A stretch of DNA of 64,000 bases, taken from Myxococcota bacterium. GTDB lineage: Bacteria; Myxococcota_A; Polyangia; Nannocystales; Nannocystaceae. This document shows positions 36,600-48,396 of this stretch, piece after piece; the stretch's first letter is position 1; every line of letters begins with the position of its first letter. The position numbers and the translations under genes were made by a program. The notes beneath the pieces are model-generated. The model was not told where the DNA came from and made no database searches. It saw only the letters and a program-made list of their open reading frames with translations. Location of the stretch: contig JBCCHT010000006.1 of NCBI GenBank assembly GCA_039028615.1, positions 128,001-192,000 on the forward strand, read 5' to 3'.

Positions 36600-36635
36600 G
36601 AGGATCCTCGGGCTTCATTCTACCCGAGGATCCTC
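36600..36635. promoter_or_regulatory. 13-bp inverted repeat (two GAGGATCCTC palindromes) flanking a -10-like TAGAAT
   Basis: GAGGATCCTCGGG-CTTCATTCTA-CCCGAGGATCCTC immediately upstream of the GTG at 36598. The proximal arm contains the GAGGA RBS. Confidence 0.6.
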
Positions 36636-36667
36636 GAAGCGAAAGCGGCGAAACTCGCAGCGCCTCG

Positions 36668-39598
36668 TCAGCGGCGTCGATGGAGCCAACCGAGGACCAG
36701 CAGCGAGAACCAGCCGACGCCCAGGGGTCCGCCGCCCGAACCCGAGGTGCAGCCGCAACCCCCGACGCCTCCGTCCGCCGACGCGGGGCCCTCGCCCGTG
36801 CTGCCGCCCGTGCCCGAACCATCGCCCGCGTCACCGCCCGAGGTCAGGGGCCCGGCCGTCTCGTCGGCGGCTCCTTCTTCGCCGCCGCCCTCGGACGTGT
36901 CGCCGCCTTCTTCTCCCGTGCCGCCCGGCGGAGGCTCGGACTCGCTCGTGCACTCGGCATCGCAACCGTCGCCGTCCTCGGTATTGCCGTCGTCACACTC
37001 TTCGCCGTCGGAGACGATGCCGTCGCCACACGCCGGCTCGGCCACCTGCACCACGCACAGCGCATCCACCGTCCAGCCGCCGAAGTGCAGGCCCGCGTCG
37101 CTGTCGAGTTCGAAGGCCAGCTGGATCTGGTCGTCGACGATGAAGTCTTGCAGCGGAAGGTCGTGGAACCGCCACTCGGCATCCAGGTGGTGCGTGGTGT
37201 GGCTCTCGGTCTCGAGGTTCTGCCACAGCTCCTGGCCGTTGGCGTACAGGGTGGCCTGGTCGAAGAACGCGTCCTCCACCGTGAGCCAGCGGCGATAGTG
37301 AAGCCGCACGTCGTCGAAGCCGGCCACGTCGATCGTCGGGCCGATGGCGCGGGTATTCGAGTCGGGCGCGTAGAGTCCGTCTTGAGACAGCAGCACCCCG
37401 TCGTCGTCGTAGGGCTCGGTGGGGTCGACTCCCCCGCCCATGAGCGGACCGAAGTCCCAGCTGCCGCTCGGGTCTTCGAAGGTCCACTCGCTCTGGTCGG
37501 CTTCCGCATCCAGGCAGTAGATGGGCAGCGCCACCCCGAAGAAGGTCTGGTACCAGGGGTCGGCAGGATTGGAGGGCAGCAAGCTCTGGAAGCCGTTCGT
37601 GTAGCCGAACGAGACCTGATACTCGACCACGACCCCCGCCTCCTGCGAGGGGATGAGCGCCACCCAGGTGCCGGCCATGTCGGTCATCGGCGCGGCGTTG
37701 ATCTCCTCGGACCCGCGCTGCCGCCAGCTCAGCTCGGCGGTGTCGATGCCCACCGGGCAGCCGGGGAACGAAATCGCCTCGAGGTTCAGCCGAACTTCGC
37801 GACCGCCATCGACGGGCACGAGCTCGACCGTCGACCCTCCGAGCTGCCCCGGGTCGAGCAAGCCGTGCGCCTCGAAGGCGGCATTGATCTCGCAGCCGTT
37901 GGGCGTGCCATTGAGCAAGTTGCCGTCGTCGTCGTCGTAGATCAGCGTCTCGGCGTACATCGAGGGGATGTCCACCGCGCGCCGCGTCGCCTCGTAGTAG
38001 ATGTGATCGACATGATCACGCCCCGCCTCGTCGCCCATGATGGCCATGAGTGAGGTCCGCAGGTCCCACAGCGTGCCGCCGATGATGCGCCCCGTCTCGT
38101 GCACCGTGCCGATGTCTTCGGGCCAGTGCCACTCATAGTCGGGCGGATCGAGCTCGCGCAGGGCATCGTCGTTGTAGAAGAAGCCGCGCCCCATGCCCGA
38201 GTCCTCGACGATGGTCGCCGCGAGGTAGTCGCTGACGCCCTCGGAGAGCGGGGAGTTGAAGGTCCCCACCCCGGGGATGAGCGACTGGTGATGCACCGAG
38301 TGCCCCGCCTCGTGATAGACGACGTCGGCGAGTCGGGCCGTGTTCTGGCAATCGCCGCTGGCCCGCAAGAAGTACAGCGAGTCGCCGTCGGAGGCGGCGT
38401 TGCAGCTGCCCTCGAGGTTGACCGACACGTCCATCGAGTCGTCGAGCCACCCGAAGGTGGGGTCGATGCCCCGGACGTACTCCTTGGCGATGTTGGCGTG
38501 GATATAGGCGGTCAGCTGAGCGTCCGCGAACTCACCGTTGCCCGCTTCGCTCCACACCACCGTCTCGCCGTCGGCGATGGGGAAGCTCGCCGTGACCTCC
38601 GCGCCCGGACCATTGTCGACATCGACGAAGCTGCCCTGGACGCTGGTCCCGAGGGTCGTGGGATCGGCGGAGAGGGTGAACTCGCCCGCCCCATTGGTGA
38701 CCGTCGGGTTGCCGCCCTCGGTCACGAACAAGTCGGGCGCCACCGCGTTGTAGCGCGGCACGCCCGGATAGCGGGTGGGGACATCGAACTGCACCGTGCC
38801 CGCGGTGCTCATCCGCTGCTGCCGAGCGACGGGCTCGCCCGTGTGCGCGTCGAGATAGACCGTCCAGGAACCGAGCGGCTGCGTCGCGTCGACGACGACG
38901 GTGACGACCTCGTGATAGCGAAAGCGGACGCCATCCCAGACCGGCAGGACGACACGATCGCCGGGGGTCGAGTCGAGCGTGGCCGGAGCGAAGTCGTCAT
39001 CGATCCACGCACGGGCCCGAGTCACGGCCTCTTCGGTGGAGATGACCGGGCCGGTCGCGGGGGCCAGCTCGACGCGCGGCAACGCCTGCGAGGCCGCGTA
39101 CACCAGCGAGTCCGCCTTGAAGCGCAGGCTGAGCTGTCCGCCCAGCACGACGATTCCGTCGTGCCGCTGGACGAACCCGACGCTGCGGATCCCCGCCGAC
39201 ACCGTGTTGCTCACCAGCTCGAAGTCGTCGGCGTCGCTCCCCGGGGCCAACACGTCGACATGCCGAGCGAGCCAGTCGCGTGCCCAGGTCTCGGCCACCG
39301 CGGCCGACTCCATCACACCCGGCGTCGGCAGCCCCGCCGTGATGATCCCGCCGGGCGCCTCCCGGGCGCGATCCCATGCGATCCACGCCCCGGGGACCTC
39401 GTGACGCAGCGACACCAATCGACGCTCGGCCGGCCCCGGCTGTGCTTGGACCGAGCCCCAGACCACGCCGGGCGCAGGCGCCATCACGGCACCGCTGGCC
39501 AGCTCGAGCCCCTGCACCGTCAGCGGGTCGCGTGCTGCCGCCGCAGACGAGCTGGACAGCCCGGCCCACGACAATGCGACCAGCGTCGCCCACGACAT
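36668..39598 (-). CDS. MYXO-CTERM surface zinc metallopeptidase (M4/M36-like)
   Basis: Signal peptide and propeptide-like region; HEAGH (HExxH), SEGVSDY, VHETG; Cys repeat CGDGIV...EECDDGN..DGDGC; C-terminal GCGC-hydrophobic-RRR. Confidence 0.9.
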   Translation of the reverse strand: MSWATLVALSWAGLSSSSAAAARDPLTVQGLELASGAVMAPAPGVVWGSVQAQPGPAERRLVSLRHEVPGAWIAWDRAREAPGGIITAGLPTPGVMESAAVAETWARDWLARHVDVLAPGSDADDFELVSNTVSAGIRSVGFVQRHDGIVVLGGQLSLRFKADSLVYAASQALPRVELAPATGPVISTEEAVTRARAWIDDDFAPATLDSTPGDRVVLPVWDGVRFRYHEVVTVVVDATQPLGSWTVYLDAHTGEPVARQQRMSTAGTVQFDVPTRYPGVPRYNAVAPDLFVTEGGNPTVTNGAGEFTLSADPTTLGTSVQGSFVDVDNGPGAEVTASFPIADGETVVWSEAGNGEFADAQLTAYIHANIAKEYVRGIDPTFGWLDDSMDVSVNLEGSCNAASDGDSLYFLRASGDCQNTARLADVVYHEAGHSVHHQSLIPGVGTFNSPLSEGVSDYLAATIVEDSGMGRGFFYNDDALRELDPPDYEWHWPEDIGTVHETGRIIGGTLWDLRTSLMAIMGDEAGRDHVDHIYYEATRRAVDIPSMYAETLIYDDDDGNLLNGTPNGCEINAAFEAHGLLDPGQLGGSTVELVPVDGGREVRLNLEAISFPGCPVGIDTAELSWRQRGSEEINAAPMTDMAGTWVALIPSQEAGVVVEYQVSFGYTNGFQSLLPSNPADPWYQTFFGVALPIYCLDAEADQSEWTFEDPSGSWDFGPLMGGGVDPTEPYDDDGVLLSQDGLYAPDSNTRAIGPTIDVAGFDDVRLHYRRWLTVEDAFFDQATLYANGQELWQNLETESHTTHHLDAEWRFHDLPLQDFIVDDQIQLAFELDSDAGLHFGGWTVDALCVVQVAEPACGDGIVSDGEECDDGNTEDGDGCDAECTSESEPPPGGTGEEGGDTSEGGGEEGAADETAGPLTSGGDAGDGSGTGGSTGEGPASADGGVGGCGCTSGSGGGPLGVGWFSLLVLGWLHRRR

Positions 39599-39775
39599 GA
39601 CCCCTCTTCGTCGATCGATCCCCACGACTGTCGTGTACGCGATGACCCGGCCCGAGCCCATGAGTTCTCCCACCACGGGAGCATTGGCGCGGGATCGGTA
39701 GGGGTAAGTACGACCTCGATCGGCGACCGCGGCGATCGACGACGAGCGCGCCGGGGATCGAGCCTGTGACCACGC

Positions 39776-40639
39776 CTAGAAGCGCCAGCGCAAGCCGAGC
39801 GACGCCTCGCGCTTCGAAACGCCGACCGACACCGTCACGTCTTTGGGCTCTCGCTTCTTGTCGCGGGCCAGCAGCACGCCGCCGACCACCCCGAGCCCCA
39901 CGCCGACGCCGACCAGCGCCGCGCCGACGCCATAGTCGATGTTGCGCACGCGCTCGGCCCTCGAGACCTCGGTGGCGTACTCGGGAATGTTCGGGTCCCA
40001 GCCGGCCGCGACCAGCTGTTCTTCGTACCAGGGAACCTGGCGAGCGCCCGCGACGAACAAGCCCACACCACCCAAGATCGAGGCACCGCCCGCGACCATT
40101 AGGCCGATCGCCAGCGGGCGTCGGGACTTGGCGGGCTCCGGCTCGGGTTCGGGCTCAGGCTCGGGTTCGGGTTCGGGCTCAGGCTCGGGTTCCGCCTCGG
40201 GCTCAGGCTCGGGCGCGGGCATCAGGGTCTCGATGGCCTCGAGCCTCACCAGCGCCGTGTCGGGCGCAGGCGTCGAGCTGGAGTTGGCGACCTCGAGGTC
40301 GGCGAGGAACATCCGCAGCACGGTCTGCCCGCGGACCAACGAGGCTTTGTCGCCCCGAGCCCGGAAGTCCTCGACCGCGGCCTGCCCCGCCTCGAGGGCC
40401 ACGAACTCCCCGACGGTGGACACCCGCAGGTCGGTGGGCATGGCCTCGTAGGCCGCCGCGTAGGACTCGAGCGCCTCGGCGTGCCGGCCCGCCACCGCGT
40501 GCTCGTCGGCCTCGGCGATGAGCTGCTCGAAGTCACCGCTCGGGGCCGCCTGCACGACCGGAGGGGCTCCCACCAGCGCAAACGCCAGCGCGAGGCTCGT
40601 CACCAGCCTCCCAGGGGCGTTGTGTCGTCGTTCGAGCAT
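39776..40639 (-). CDS. Exported TPR-like protein with (EP)n linker and hydrophobic C-terminus ending in F
   Basis: Signal peptide, helical TPR-like N-domain, EP repeat, two Gly-rich hydrophobic segments, terminal LGLRWRF. Confidence 0.75.
   Translation of the reverse strand: MLERRHNAPGRLVTSLALAFALVGAPPVVQAAPSGDFEQLIAEADEHAVAGRHAEALESYAAAYEAMPTDLRVSTVGEFVALEAGQAAVEDFRARGDKASLVRGQTVLRMFLADLEVANSSSTPAPDTALVRLEAIETLMPAPEPEPEAEPEPEPEPEPEPEPEPEPEPAKSRRPLAIGLMVAGGASILGGVGLFVAGARQVPWYEEQLVAAGWDPNIPEYATEVSRAERVRNIDYGVGAALVGVGVGLGVVGGVLLARDKKREPKDVTVSVGVSKREASLGLRWRF
40133..40213 (-). repeat. Hexanucleotide tandem repeat encoding (Glu-Pro)n
   Basis: GARCCN units on the minus strand, about 13 copies with one interruption. 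Confidence 0.9.
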
Positions 40640-40761
40640 CGGCAGCCGCTTCGCTCGCATCATCCCGCACGCAGGGACAGCGTCAACCCAAAAGCCCCCG
40701 TTGCGTTCGAATGTTGTGTAGGCGGGACGATCTGCCCGACAATCGAGCGCGCGGCCGCACC

Positions 40762-42744
<1,983 letters not shown>

Positions 42745-42745
42745 A

Positions 42746-42775
42746 GGGCGAGGAGGCAGTGAGCCTCCCCGCCCT
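42746..42775. terminator. Hairpin between convergent genes
   Basis: AGGGCG-A-GGAGGC-AGTGA-GCCTCC-C-CGCCCT. Confidence 0.5.
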
Positions 42776-42796
42776 CGCGTCGAGCACCCGACCGGA

Positions 42797-43747
42797 CTAG
42801 CCGGCGTTCATGCGTGCACTGGCGGCAGCGAATCCTTCGTCGTGCGGCGTGCTCACCTGCTGCGCGGTGATCATCGCGTCGCGCAGCTGCGCCCCGAGGT
42901 CCTTCATGGCCCCCGGCGAGTGCGGGATGAGGATGGTGTTGGTGGCCGACGAGGCGCCGACGTCCTTGAGGGTGTCGAAGTACTGGGTCATCAGCACCAA
43001 GTTCATGACGTCCTGCGGCGACGCGCCGGGGATGCTGCGCTGGAACTCGTCGACCGACTCGCGCAGGCCGTCGACGATGGCCTTGCGCTGCTCGGCGATG
43101 CCGCGACCGGCCAGGGCCTTGCTGTCGGCGTCGGCCTCGGCGGCCTTCACCCGGATGATCTTGTCGGCCTCGCCCTTCTCGGCGGCGGCCAAGCGCATGC
43201 GCTGCGCCGCGTTGATCTCGTTCATGGCGGCTTTGACCTTGGCGTCGGGCTCGATGTCGGTGACCAGCGCCTTGACGATGCCGTAGCCGAAGTCGCCCAT
43301 GACCAGGGCCAGCTCGTTCTTGACCGCGTCGGCGATCTCGTCCTTCTTGCTGAACACGTCGTCGATCTCGATGGAGGGCACCCGGGCCCGGACCACGTCG
43401 AACACGAAGCTGCGGATCTGCGTGGCGGCGTCATCTAGGCGGTAGAAGGCCTGGTAGACCGCCTCCGGGATGATGAAGTACTGCACGGAGACGACCACGT
43501 GGACGAATACGTCGTCCTTGGTCTTGGTCTCGACCTCGACGTCGAGCTGCTGCACCCGAAGGTTGGTGCGCCCGGCCACGCGCTCGATGAACGGAATCTT
43601 GATGTTCAAGCCCGGCTGCGCCACTCGAACGAAACGACCGAAGCGCTCGATCAGGCCCAAGGTCTGCTGACCAACGACGAAGACGCTCGATGCCAGCAAG
43701 ACGAGCGCCAGAAACGACGCCACGCCAATCGCGATGTAGATGTCCAC
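42797..43747 (-). CDS. SPFH/band 7 domain protein
   Basis: N-terminal TM, ERFGRF...PGL, VETKTKDDVFV, AMNEINAAQR, TQYFDTL. Confidence 0.93.
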   Translation of the reverse strand: MDIYIAIGVASFLALVLLASSVFVVGQQTLGLIERFGRFVRVAQPGLNIKIPFIERVAGRTNLRVQQLDVEVETKTKDDVFVHVVVSVQYFIIPEAVYQAFYRLDDAATQIRSFVFDVVRARVPSIEIDDVFSKKDEIADAVKNELALVMGDFGYGIVKALVTDIEPDAKVKAAMNEINAAQRMRLAAAEKGEADKIIRVKAAEADADSKALAGRGIAEQRKAIVDGLRESVDEFQRSIPGASPQDVMNLVLMTQYFDTLKDVGASSATNTILIPHSPGAMKDLGAQLRDAMITAQQVSTPHDEGFAAASARMNAG

Positions 43748-44021
43748 GCGGGGGCAACCGCGGGCGCGACGAGGTATTTCGACGATCGGACTCCGATCTG
43801 CACCTCGACGCCCACGGGTGCCCGGGCGTGTTCTCCGCCCGACGGGACGCTCGCGATCGACCAAGGGTCAGCAGCCATGTGACATCGTTTCTCGGCCACT
43901 GGCGCACCCGCGACGAAAAATCGACCGGTGGCATTTCTTTTTGGCGATGGAATCTCGGTTGGGGGGACAATCTGGGGGTGAGGTGCGGGCTAGGCCTGCT
44001 CGCGCCGGAGGGCGTATTCGA

Positions 44022-45692
44022 ATGCAACGAGGGTACAGAACCTGGGGCCCGGCCGTGGTGCTGGCCGCGTTCGCCACCGCATGCGGGGACGACGGGGGCA
44101 CGGCGGCGACCACCGAAGGGACCTCCACGACCCAAGGGGACGGCAGCAGCGGCTCGGCGAGCGCCGACGAGACGGGAGATGACGGCACCCCGTCGTGCGG
44201 CGAGGCCTCGGTGGGCCCGACCCCGCTGCGTCGCATGACTCGGCAGCAGTACGCCAACGCGGTCCGAGACTTGATCGGGCTGGACATCGACGTGTCCTCG
44301 CTCGACGGGGACGAGAAGGTCGGCCCCTTCGACAGCAATTTCTCGGCCCCGGTCTCGCCCGTGCAGGTCTCGCAATACCGCATGCTGGCCGAGTCGGTGG
44401 CCCAAAGCGCGGTCGAGGACCTCGACGCCTTGTTGCCCTGCGCGCCCGAGTCGGACGGCTGCCTCGAGCAGTTCGTGGACAGCTTCGGGCGTCGTGCCTT
44501 CCGTCGACCGCTCACCGACGCCGAGGTGAGCATGTACGCCGAGCTCGGCGGCTCCGATCCCCTCGAGGACCACGCTCGGCTGGCCATTCAGGCCATGCTG
44601 CAGTCGCCCTACTTCCTGTATCACCTCGAGCTGAGCCTGCCCGATCCGGCGACCGGCCCCGATTCGGTGGTCGCGCTCGGTCAGTACGAGCTGGCCAGTC
44701 GCCTGTCGTTCTTCCTGTGGGATTCGGTGCCCGACGACGTCTTGCTCGATGCGGCGGCCATCGACGAGCTGAGCACGCCGGAGCAGCTGCTGGCCCAGGC
44801 CGAGCGCATGCTCGAGGACCCCCGCGCCCGCGAGGCCGTGGCCGCGTTCCACGAGCAGTGGCTGGGCATCGACGAGCTCGAGATCATCACCAAGGATCCC
44901 TCGGTCTATCCCGACTACAGCCACGAACTCCGCGACGCGATGCGCCACGAGACGCGGCGTTTTTCGTCCTCGGTGGTGCTGTCGGGGGATGGTCGGCTCG
45001 AGACCTTGCTGACCGCGCCCTACTCGTACCTCGAGGGGCCGCTGTACGAGCTTTATGGGGTGGAGCCGACCGGGGCCAGCGTGGGCGAGCCGGTCGAGCT
45101 GCCCGCGGGCGAACGCGCGGGCCTGCTGACCCAGGCGAGCTTCTTGGCCGTGCACGCCCACTCCAACCAGAGCGGGCCCATCCAGCGCGGCGTCACGGTG
45201 CGGGCCAACCTGTTGTGCACGCAGCCGCCGCCGCCCCCGCCAGACCTCAACGTCATCCCGCCCGACCCCGATCCCAACGCGACGACCCGGGAGCTGTTCG
45301 AGCAGCACACGGCCGACCCCGCGTGCTCCGGCTGCCATGTGCTCATCGATGGCATCGGCCTCGGCTTCGAGGGCTACGACGGCCTGGGCGCGTTCCGAAC
45401 GGAGGAAAACGGCTTCGACGTCGACCAGTCCGGCTCGCTGGTGGGCACGGACGTCGATGGCGAATTCGATGGCGTGGTGGAGCTGGCCGGGATGCTCGCC
45501 AATAGCCAAGACGTCCGCCAGTGCGTGACCCGCCAGTGGTTCCGCTACGCCTTCGGCCGCATCGAGACCGACGAAGACACGTGCTCCATCGAGAGCCTCG
45601 ACGAGCACTTCGAGGCCTCCAACCACGACATTCGCCAGCTGCTGATCGCGCTCGTGCAGACCGACGCGTTCCGCTACCGGGTGACGCAATAG
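44022..45692 (+). CDS. DUF1592/DUF1588 (PSD-type) multidomain lipoprotein with a heme-c motif
   Basis: LRRMT..QY.N.VRDL, FGRRAFRRPL, LQSPYFLY, LASRLSFFLW.S.PD, R.GLLTQASFL, PIQRG, CSGCH. Confidence 0.9.
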   Translation: MQRGYRTWGPAVVLAAFATACGDDGGTAATTEGTSTTQGDGSSGSASADETGDDGTPSCGEASVGPTPLRRMTRQQYANAVRDLIGLDIDVSSLDGDEKVGPFDSNFSAPVSPVQVSQYRMLAESVAQSAVEDLDALLPCAPESDGCLEQFVDSFGRRAFRRPLTDAEVSMYAELGGSDPLEDHARLAIQAMLQSPYFLYHLELSLPDPATGPDSVVALGQYELASRLSFFLWDSVPDDVLLDAAAIDELSTPEQLLAQAERMLEDPRAREAVAAFHEQWLGIDELEIITKDPSVYPDYSHELRDAMRHETRRFSSSVVLSGDGRLETLLTAPYSYLEGPLYELYGVEPTGASVGEPVELPAGERAGLLTQASFLAVHAHSNQSGPIQRGVTVRANLLCTQPPPPPPDLNVIPPDPDPNATTRELFEQHTADPACSGCHVLIDGIGLGFEGYDGLGAFRTEENGFDVDQSGSLVGTDVDGEFDGVVELAGMLANSQDVRQCVTRQWFRYAFGRIETDEDTCSIESLDEHFEASNHDIRQLLIALVQTDAFRYRVTQ

Positions 45693-45712
45693 GAAGACAA
45701 CGGGAACCGACC

Positions 45713-47059
45713 ATGCCGACCATCGTTCGACCTCGATTCTCCCGCCGTCACCTGCTGCGCTCGCTGGGCCTCGGTGCCGCCGCCGCGCCCTTCCTGCCGC
45801 TGCTCGAGAGCGCGGCGGGGGAGCCCGAAGCCCCGCCCAAGCGCCTGCTGCTGTTCTTCCATCCGCACGGCGTCATCCGGGACACCTGGCTGCCCCAAGG
45901 CACGGAGACCGACTTCACGCTGCCCACCATGCTCGAGCCGCTGGCGCCCTTCCAAGATCGCATGGTGGTGCTCGACGGCCTGCAGATCGTGCCCAGCGGT
46001 CCTCCGGGCGGGCCGCATACGGTGGGCCCCGCGTACCTGTTCACCGGCTCGCCCATGCTCGCGGGCGACGACTTCATGCACCCCAGCAGCGGCGGGCCGC
46101 ACGGGTGGGGTAGCTCGCAGTCCATCGAGCAAGCGGTGGCCGACGTCATCGGCACGACCACGCCCTTCCGCTCGCTCGAGCTCGGGGTCCAGGTCGGGGG
46201 CAACCACCCCGGCAGCCGCATGAGCTACCTCGACGCGGGCTTCCCCCTCGCCCCCGAGCCCAACCCGCACGCGATGTTCGAGTCGATCTTCGGCAGCATC
46301 GGCGTCGACACGGAGACCGCGGCCAAGCTCAAGGCGGAGCGGCTCAGCGTCATCGACACCATCCTGCCGCAACTGGAGACGCTGCAGGGCCAGGTCTCGA
46401 GCTTCGACCAGATCAAGATCGACGCCCACCTCACCGGGATCCGGCAGATCGAGCAGGCCCTGAGCGCCGAGTACGTGTGCCAGGCCCCCACGCTGGGCGA
46501 AGCGGTGGAGCTGCCCAACAGCAACTACGAGGAAATGGGGACCATCTCGCGCCAGCAGATCGATCTGCTGGTCGACTCCTTCGCCTGTCAGGTCACCAAC
46601 GTCGCCAGCCTGATGTATCGGCGGGGCGAGAACGACAACTTCCCCTACCCGCACCTGGGCATCGCCGACAGCCACCATCAAACAAGCCACGCGGGCGACT
46701 CGGACACCGAGGCGCACGCGCTGCTCACCGACATCTATCGGTTCTACGCGGAAGAGCTCGCGTACCTCGCCCAGCGCCTCGACTCCATCGTCGAGCCGGA
46801 CGGCAGCACGATGCTCGACAACACCCTGATCGTGTGGGGCAGCGAGGTCGCCAAGGGCAACACCCACGAGTGGACGAACATGCCCTTCGTGCTGCTGGGA
46901 GGCGCGGGCGGGGCAGTCCCGGGCGGGCGCTTCTTGAGCTATCCGGGGCGAAACCACTGCCAGCTGCTGGTCTCCGTGGCCAATGCCATGGGCCTGCCGA
47001 TCACCGAGTTCGGCGGCTTCGACGACGGCAGCGGACCTCTGCCCGGGCTGGTCGGATGA
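45713..47059 (+). CDS. DUF1552 (HXXSHH) family Tat-exported protein
   Basis: Twin-arginine SRRHLL, PKRL..F..PHG, LEPLAP, HHQTSH, TMLDNT, H...NMP..L.G. Confidence 0.9.
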   Translation: MPTIVRPRFSRRHLLRSLGLGAAAAPFLPLLESAAGEPEAPPKRLLLFFHPHGVIRDTWLPQGTETDFTLPTMLEPLAPFQDRMVVLDGLQIVPSGPPGGPHTVGPAYLFTGSPMLAGDDFMHPSSGGPHGWGSSQSIEQAVADVIGTTTPFRSLELGVQVGGNHPGSRMSYLDAGFPLAPEPNPHAMFESIFGSIGVDTETAAKLKAERLSVIDTILPQLETLQGQVSSFDQIKIDAHLTGIRQIEQALSAEYVCQAPTLGEAVELPNSNYEEMGTISRQQIDLLVDSFACQVTNVASLMYRRGENDNFPYPHLGIADSHHQTSHAGDSDTEAHALLTDIYRFYAEELAYLAQRLDSIVEPDGSTMLDNTLIVWGSEVAKGNTHEWTNMPFVLLGGAGGAVPGGRFLSYPGRNHCQLLVSVANAMGLPITEFGGFDDGSGPLPGLVG

Positions 47060-48396
47060 ACCGGAGTCCTGCACGTCACCTCGCGAGCGGAGCCGTGGCC
47101 TTCGGGCTCTCGCTCGCCGCATCCGGCTCGGCCCAGGCCGAGCCGCTCGGGCTGCTGGTGGTCGAACACGATGCGGGCGCAGTGCTGCGCTTCGGCGAGG
47201 GCGGCGACCTCAGCACGGCGGAGCGCTTCGCCACCGGGCTCTCCGATCCCTACGGCCTCTGCGTGGGTCCAGGCGGAGACATCTACGTGGCCGAGTCGGC
47301 GACCGGCGAGATCACGGTGATCACCGAGGGCGGCGACTTCACCGACGCCATGCCCTTTGCGTTCGCTACGTTCACGCCCGTCGACCTGTGGTGCACCGAG
47401 ACCCAGATCCTGGTCTCGACTCCGATCCCGCCGTTGCCCGTCATCGCCGACATCACCCAGGGCGGCGACTTGCTGCTGAGCATCGAGCTTTATGCCACGG
47501 GGCTGCCCGCCCCGATCGGCATGACCCGCGACGGCGAGGGCAACCTGTTCTCGGCCAACGGCGCGGGCATCTTCGACGTCACCACCCCCGGCGACTTTGC
47601 GATGGCCGAGCCCTTCGCCACGGGGCAGTCGGTCCTGACGATGACGTGGACGGGCGAGGCGCTGTGGGGGGGCCACTCCGCGCTCCCGGCCATCTACGAC
47701 CTCACGCCCGGCGGCGACCTGACCATGGCCGAGCCGGTGGCCGTGCTGCCCACGGTGGGCGCCGGTCACATCGACGGCCTGCTCACCACCCTCAGCGGGG
47801 AGACCTACGCGGTGACCGGCAACGAGATCTACGAGGTCGGTGCGGGTGGCGACCTGACCATGGCGACGCCCTTCGCCACGGGACTGCAGACGGGGGAGCG
47901 CGGGTTCGTGGGCATGCTGGAGCACATCTGCTCGGCCGATGCCGACTGCTCCGATGGCGATGCCTGCAACGGCATGGAGCAGTGCGTGGACAATCGCTGC
48001 CTGCCGCCCGAGCAACCGCTGTCGTGCGACGACGGAGACGCCTGCACCGAAGACAGCTGCGAAGCGAGCCGGGGCTGCATGCACGAGACCATCGCCAACT
48101 GCTGCGACGAGGACTTCGACTGCACGGTCGACGAGCTGTGTGACCTCGAGGCGATGGTCTGCGTCCCGGTGGGCATCATCACGACCGGCCTCGATGGCAC
48201 GGGCGATGGCGACGACAGCGGCACGGCGGGCGGCCTGACCACGGGCGGCGAGCTGCCCACGGGGGCGACCGACGACGCAGGCGCAGCGGATGCGGGCGAT
48301 GGCGGCTGCAGCTGCCACCAACCCGGCGGAGAGGGGCCAGTCACGCTGGCGTGGCTGCTGCTGGTGCTGGGATGGCGCCGCCGGCCAGCGTCATAG
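47056..48396 (+). CDS. MYXO-CTERM protein with six propeller-like repeats and Cys-rich repeats
   Basis: ATGA coupling to the DUF1552 gene; six GGD(L/F)...FATG repeats; CDDGDACTEDSC; C-terminal GCSC-hydrophobic-RRR. Confidence 0.85.
   Translation: MNRSPARHLASGAVAFGLSLAASGSAQAEPLGLLVVEHDAGAVLRFGEGGDLSTAERFATGLSDPYGLCVGPGGDIYVAESATGEITVITEGGDFTDAMPFAFATFTPVDLWCTETQILVSTPIPPLPVIADITQGGDLLLSIELYATGLPAPIGMTRDGEGNLFSANGAGIFDVTTPGDFAMAEPFATGQSVLTMTWTGEALWGGHSALPAIYDLTPGGDLTMAEPVAVLPTVGAGHIDGLLTTLSGETYAVTGNEIYEVGAGGDLTMATPFATGLQTGERGFVGMLEHICSADADCSDGDACNGMEQCVDNRCLPPEQPLSCDDGDACTEDSCEASRGCMHETIANCCDEDFDCTVDELCDLEAMVCVPVGIITTGLDGTGDGDDSGTAGGLTTGGELPTGATDDAGAADAGDGGCSCHQPGGEGPVTLAWLLLVLGWRRRPAS

Noticed and set aside
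40133..40213. Tandem repeats as CRISPR or non-coding repeats (also the TTDP repeats near 33340-33400)
   Set aside because: They are in-frame low-complexity protein linkers with no spacers; no cas genes in the window.
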